DNA from: a virus
Taxonomy: Duplodnaviria; Heunggongvirae; Uroviricota; Caudoviricetes
IMG/VR virus record: IMGVR_UViG_2740892036_000002
Length of the DNA: 11,676 nucleotides
Strand: one strand, 5' to 3'
Below, one piece after another: positions 8,023-11,676 of this stretch; within the stretch, counting starts at the first letter, position 1, and the number at the start of each line of letters is the position of its first letter. Under the pieces are notes generated by a model. That model was not told the origin of the DNA and ran no database searches. It was given only the letters and a program-made list of their open reading frames with translations. The position numbers and the translations under genes were made by a program.

Positions 8023-8134
8023 CTCCACAAAATGGGGACATCAAAGAAAAGCAGTGGCACTAATTAAGACTGATGCCCTGCGGAAAAGTTCTGCGGTTGT
8101 GCAAAAAAATTTCATTTTCAGGGCAACTTCAGTT

Positions 8135-9820
8135 TTATCCTAATCCTGGCCATACCATGACGATGATTGTCCCTGCCAGCGTCAGCAGGACGTTGGCGAT
8201 TGCGTAGGTGCCCGCATAGCCCAGCGCAGGGATGTTACTGCGAGCTGTATCACTGATGATCTCCATTGCCGGCGCGCAGGTGCGTGCGCCCATCATTGCG
8301 CCGAACAACAGTGCGCGGTTCATTCGCAATACATAAGCACCGAACAAGAAACAGATAACCACGGGCACAAGACTGACAATTAATCCGGCAATCAACATCT
8401 GACCGCCAATCGCGCCCAGGCCGTTATTAATACCGCTACCGGCGCTCAGACCAACGCCTGCCATAAACACCATCAAGCCGAACTCTTTCACCATGCTTAA
8501 TGCACCTTGCGGAATGTAACCGAAGGTCGGGTGGTTAGCACGCATAAAGCCCAGCATAATTCCGGCGAATAACAACCCGGCAGCGTTCCCCATGCCGAAA
8601 CTGAATGTGCTGAACTGGAAGGTGATCATCCCGATCATCAGCCCAATAACAAAGAAGGCGCAAAATGCCAGCAGGTCAGTGACCTGGCTGTGAATCGAGA
8701 TAAAGCCGATGCGATCGGCGATGGTTTTTACGCGACGGGCATCACCGCTGACTTGTAAAACGTCACCTTTGTTAAGCACGACGTTGTCATCTATCGGCAT
8801 CTCAATCTGGCTACGAATGACGCGGTTAAGGAAGCAACCGTGATCGGTCAACTTCAGTTGTGCGAGACGTTTACCTACAGCGTTATGGTTTTTAACGACC
8901 ACTTCTTCAGTGACGATACGCATGTCGAGAAGGTCACGATCGAAAACTTCTTTACCGTTACGGAAGCTGGGATCGAGTCGGGCATGGGCGTCGGGATAGC
9001 CTACCAACGCTATTTCATCGCCCATTTGTAGCACGGCATCACCGTCTGGATTTGCCAGAATCCCGTTACGTCGAATACGTTCAATGTAGCAGCCGGTTTG
9101 TCGATAAATACCCAGTTCACGCAGATTTTTGCCGTCGGTCCAGGCCACCAGCTCCGGGCCGACGCGATAGGCGCGGATCACCGGTAAATAAACCTTACGG
9201 TTGGCATCAGTGTCCAGGCCACGTTCGCGGGCGATTTGCTGGGCGCTGGTCTGTAAGTCCTGATGCTGCAATTTCGGCAAGTAACGCGCACCAACAATCA
9301 AACTCACCAGACCGATTAAATAGGTTAAGGCATACCCGAGGCTCAGATTATCCAGTGCCAGTGAGAGCTGCCTGCTTTCCATGCCGAAATGACGCAGTGT
9401 ATCGCCAGCACCGACCAGAACCGGTGTCGACGTCATAGAGCCTGCTAACATACCGGCCGTCAGGCCAATATCCCAGCCAAACAGCTTACCTAACCCTAAG
9501 GCGATCACCAGCGCACTGCCAACCATCACCAGTGCTAACATTAGGTAATTTTTCCCATCGCGAAAAAAAATGGAAAAAAAGTTCGGTCCGGCTTCGACCC
9601 CGACGCAGAAAATAAACAGCATAAAGCCAAGATTAAGCGCATCGGTGTTAATGCTGAAATGTTGTTGGCCTAATAACAGCGATACGACTAAAACGCCAAT
9701 GGAATTACCCAGTTGGATCGAACCAAGTCGTAACTTTCCGAGACATAGCCCAAGCGCGAGGACCACAAATAATAACAGAATGTAATTCCCATTTAACAAT
9801 TCGGCGACGTTTATATTCAC
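8135..9820 (-). CDS. ybjL: Putative transport protein YbjL (AAE / YidE-YbjL family, two internal TrkA-C-type domains)
   Basis: 561-aa ORF with a GTG start. The translation ([34 protein letters not shown]...VMVWPGLG) is recognised as E. coli YbjL: hydrophobic N- and C-terminal membrane halves around a soluble central region. Confidence 0.93.
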   Translation of the reverse strand: MNINVAELLNGNYILLLFVVLALGLCLGKLRLGSIQLGNSIGVLVVSLLLGQQHFSINTDALNLGFMLFIFCVGVEAGPNFFSIFFRDGKNYLMLALVMVGSALVIALGLGKLFGWDIGLTAGMLAGSMTSTPVLVGAGDTLRHFGMESRQLSLALDNLSLGYALTYLIGLVSLIVGARYLPKLQHQDLQTSAQQIARERGLDTDANRKVYLPVIRAYRVGPELVAWTDGKNLRELGIYRQTGCYIERIRRNGILANPDGDAVLQMGDEIALVGYPDAHARLDPSFRNGKEVFDRDLLDMRIVTEEVVVKNHNAVGKRLAQLKLTDHGCFLNRVIRSQIEMPIDDNVVLNKGDVLQVSGDARRVKTIADRIGFISIHSQVTDLLAFCAFFVIGLMIGMITFQFSTFSFGMGNAAGLLFAGIMLGFMRANHPTFGYIPQGALSMVKEFGLMVFMAGVGLSAGSGINNGLGAIGGQMLIAGLIVSLVPVVICFLFGAYVLRMNRALLFGAMMGARTCAPAMEIISDTARSNIPALGYAGTYAIANVLLTLAGTIIVMVWPGLG

Positions 9821-10089
9821 GGAGGCTAACTTCTTGTTTACTAGTAAGCTGTTGAAAGAAATGGTAATTTACGATAATGTTTTTTACCAGAATTCAGGGC
9901 GCAGATTCATTCAGCGCACCTAAACGATAGTAAAGTAACAATATATTTTACTAGTGTAATCACATTAGGTATCAACGGCTATATGAATTGCGTTGGCCTA
10001 TATTAGCATGGAATGCGAAGCGGCTTTATCTTACTGAACGCCACACTGGCGAAAAATGTGTTCGATAGACGCAGTGTCAGGAGGAACGA

Positions 10090-10467
10090 GTGAAACATAA
10101 ACAACGTTGGGCGGGGGCAATCTGCTGTTTTGTCCTCTTCATTGTGGTGTGCCTTTTTCTGGCGACGCACATGAAAGGCGCTTTTCGGGCTGCCGGGCAT
10201 CCTGAAATCGGCTTGCTATTTTTCATTCTTCCTGGAGCAGTTGCCAGTTTCTTTTCACAGCGTAGAGAAGTCCTGAAACCTCTATTTGGCGCAATGCTGG
10301 CGGCACCCTGTTCAATGCTCATTATGCGGCTGTTTTTTTCACCGACGCGCTCATTCTGGCAAGAGCTGGCATGGTTACTAAGCGCGGTGTTCTGGTGTGC
10401 GCTGGGGGCACTGTGTTTCTTATTTATCAGTAGTTTGTTTAAACCACAGCACAGAAAAAATCAGTAA
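10090..10467 (+). CDS. ybjM: Inner membrane protein YbjM
   Basis: 125-aa hydrophobic ORF with a GTG start, preceded by AGGAGG at 10077-10082, divergent from ybjL. Gene order ybjL-ybjM-grxA-ybjC-nfsA matches the E. coli K-12 locus. Confidence 0.85.
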   Translation: MKHKQRWAGAICCFVLFIVVCLFLATHMKGAFRAAGHPEIGLLFFILPGAVASFFSQRREVLKPLFGAMLAAPCSMLIMRLFFSPTRSFWQELAWLLSAVFWCALGALCFLFISSLFKPQHRKNQ

Positions 10468-10487
10468 AGCCCTCAACGCGAGGGCTT
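10467..10487. terminator. Stem-loop between convergent ybjM and grxA (possible bidirectional terminator)
   Basis: AAGCCCTC (10467-10474) / GAGGGCTT (10480-10487) with a 5-nt loop, overlapping the ybjM stop codon and 10 nt beyond the grxA stop. The flanking U-tracts are weak on both strands. Confidence 0.35.
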
Positions 10488-10496
10488 GTCAGACGA

Positions 10497-10754
10497 TCAG
10501 GCGTCCAGATTTTCTTTCACCCATGCAGCAAAATCGGTATAGCCGCCGATATGTTGCTGATCGACAAAAATCTGCGGCACGGTTTCTACGGGTTTACCTG
10601 CCTTTTGTTGTAGATCTTCTTTAGTGATCCCTTCCGCACGAATATCTACATACTGATACTGAAAATCATCGCGTTCATTGCTCAATTTCTCAGCCAGATC
10701 TTTTGCACGCACACAGTAAGGGCAACCCGAACGACCAAAAATAACGGTTTGCAT
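10497..10754 (-). CDS. grxA: Glutaredoxin 1
   Basis: 85-aa product from the ATG at 10752-10754 (- strand), with AGGAG 8 nt upstream. It has the CPYC active site (MQTVIFGRSGCPYCVRAKDLAEK...) and is recognised as E. coli Grx1. The ORF track's start at 10769 adds MRREI and lies within the Shine-Dalgarno, so it is unlikely. Confidence 0.93.
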   Translation of the reverse strand: MQTVIFGRSGCPYCVRAKDLAEKLSNERDDFQYQYVDIRAEGITKEDLQQKAGKPVETVPQIFVDQQHIGGYTDFAAWVKENLDA

Positions 10755-10913
10755 TATTTCTCTCCTCATAGATTTATGCCTGTAATGATCACGCTAAAAT
10801 GTATTCGCTGAAAGTAGGTTTAACCTGTTGCATTAATTGCTAAAAGCTATAACTGTTAAACACAATACAGTGAAAAGTTTTAGACTGAAGGCTCACTTTG
10901 CAGAGGGAAGCGT

Positions 10914-11201
10914 ATGCGCGCGATCGGTAAATTGCCTAAAGGCGTGTTGATACTGGAATTTATCGGAATGATGCTACTGGCGGTGGCGCTGCTGTCGGTA
11001 AGCGACTCCCTGTCGCTGCCTGAGCCATTTTCTCGGCCAGAAGTGCAGATTCTGATGATTTTTCTCGGTGTTTTGCTCATGCTTCCCGCTGCGGTGGTGG
11101 TTATTCTTCAGGTGGCAAAACGTCTTGCCCCACAGCTGATGAACCGTCCACCGCAATATTCACGTTCAGAAAGAGAAAAAGATAATGACGCCAACCATTG
11201 A
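10914..11201 (+). CDS. ybjC: Small membrane protein YbjC (DUF1418 family)
   Basis: 95-aa ORF with two hydrophobic segments, preceded by GAGGGA. It lies immediately upstream of nfsA and overlaps it by 17 nt, as in the E. coli ybjC-nfsA-rimK operon. Confidence 0.85.
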   Translation: MRAIGKLPKGVLILEFIGMMLLAVALLSVSDSLSLPEPFSRPEVQILMIFLGVLLMLPAAVVVILQVAKRLAPQLMNRPPQYSRSEREKDNDANH

Positions 11202-11604
11202 ACTTATTTGTGGCCATCGCTCCATTCGCCATTTCACTGATGAACCCATTTCCGAAGCGCAGCGTGAGGCGATTATTAACAGCGCCCGTGCGACGTCCAG
11301 TTCCAGTTTTTTGCAGTGCAGTAGCATTATTCGCATTACCGACAAAGCGTTACGTGAAGAACTGGTGACGCTGACCGGCGGGCAAAAACACGTAGCGCAA
11401 GCGGCGGAGTTCTGGGTGTTCTGTGCCGACTTTAACCGCCATTTACAGATCTGTCCGGATGCTCAGCTCGGCCTGGCGGAACAACTGTTGCTCGGTGTCG
11501 TTGATACGGCAATGATGGCGCAGAATGCATTAATCGCAGCGGAATCGCTGGGATTGGGCGGGGTATATATCGGCGGCCTGCGCAATAATATTGAAGCGGT
11601 GACG
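11185..11604 (+). pseudogene. nfsA: Oxygen-insensitive NADPH nitroreductase NfsA, interrupted after codon 140 by an IS1 insertion
   Basis: The ATG at 11185 opens MTPTIELICGHRSIRHFTDEPISEAQREAIINSARATSSSSFLQCSSIIRITDKALREELVTLTGGQKHVAQAAEFWVFCADFNRHLQICPDAQLGLAEQLLLGVVDTAMMAQNALIAAESLGLGGVYIGGLRNNIEAVT, recognised as the N-terminal 140 residues of E. coli NfsA (240 aa). From 11605 the sequence is an IS1 terminal repeat and the reading frame continues into IS-derived residues (GSDSNLLIVFYVQIMPDDLVMQLH). Confidence 0.85.
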
Positions 11605-11676
11605 GGTAGTGACTCCAACTTACTGATAGTGTTTTATGTTCAGATAATGCCCGATGACCTTGTCATGCAGCTCCAC
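11605..11676. mobile_element. IS1-family insertion sequence, terminal inverted repeat and adjacent end (element continues beyond window)
   Basis: GGTAGTGACTCCAACTTACTGATAGTGTTTTATGTTCAGATAATGCCCGATGACCTTGTCATGCAGCTCCAC matches the IS1 terminal sequence as I recall it (GGTAATGACTCCAACTTATTGATAGTGTTTTATGTTCAGATAATGCCCGATGACTTTGTCATGCAGCTCCAC) with 3 mismatches in 72 nt. I take this to be the insB-proximal end, which would put insAB on the - strand beyond the window. Confidence 0.85.

Noticed and set aside
647-8134. Hidden anti-phage or other accessory system in the prophage segment
   Set aside because: The tail genes are contiguous, with gaps of 106 bp or less apart from the 235-bp ogr-ybjL junction. 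The P2 cargo positions that fall in this window (Z/fun between the tail-fibre assembly gene and FI, and the ogr-att interval) contain no ORF. Nothing in the sequence supports a novel system here; any cargo would be elsewhere in the prophage.
8840-9785. + strand ORFs (63, 128, 71 aa) inside ybjL
   Set aside because: They are antisense to the 561-aa ybjL, which matches the known E. coli protein end to end.
10003-10769. Small ORFs overlapping the ybjL-ybjM intergenic region and ybjM/grxA (10003-10200 -, 10077-10322 -, 10397-10624 +), and the 5-codon N-terminal extension of grxA
   Set aside because: They conflict with the conserved ybjM and grxA frames. The grxA extension would start inside its own Shine-Dalgarno, and the known protein is 85 aa starting MQTVIFG.
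1-11676. CRISPR array, tRNA or other structured RNA gene
   Set aside because: I found no regularly spaced direct repeats and no tRNA-like sequence. The only notable hairpins are the terminator-like stems listed as features.

Overview
This window reads as an Escherichia coli-type chromosome segment carrying the right-hand (tail/late) end of a P2-like myovirus prophage, its junction with the host, and a host locus ending in an insertion sequence. From 1 to ~7900 the + strand carries a co-directional, tightly packed tail module: tail-fibre C-terminus, tail-fibre assembly chaperone, sheath (FI), tube (FII), chaperone E with its frameshift extension E', tape measure (T), U, D and the Ogr-type zinc-finger late activator. 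A 235-bp non-coding junction (7900-8134) separates ogr from the host genes ybjL (-), ybjM (+), grxA (-), ybjC (+) and nfsA (+). nfsA is cut after codon 140 by the terminal inverted repeat of an IS1 element that runs off the window end. I found no CRISPR array, tRNA/rRNA gene, or gene-sized unexplained ORF that would point to a new defence or other system; the usual P2 cargo positions in this window (between the tail-fibre assembly gene and FI, and between ogr and the attachment site) are empty. The points most worth follow-up are the IS1-disrupted nfsA, the prophage-host junction, the E/E' programmed frameshift and the long, repeat-containing tape measure. All protein identifications are from reading the translations and recalling the families; no database search was run.
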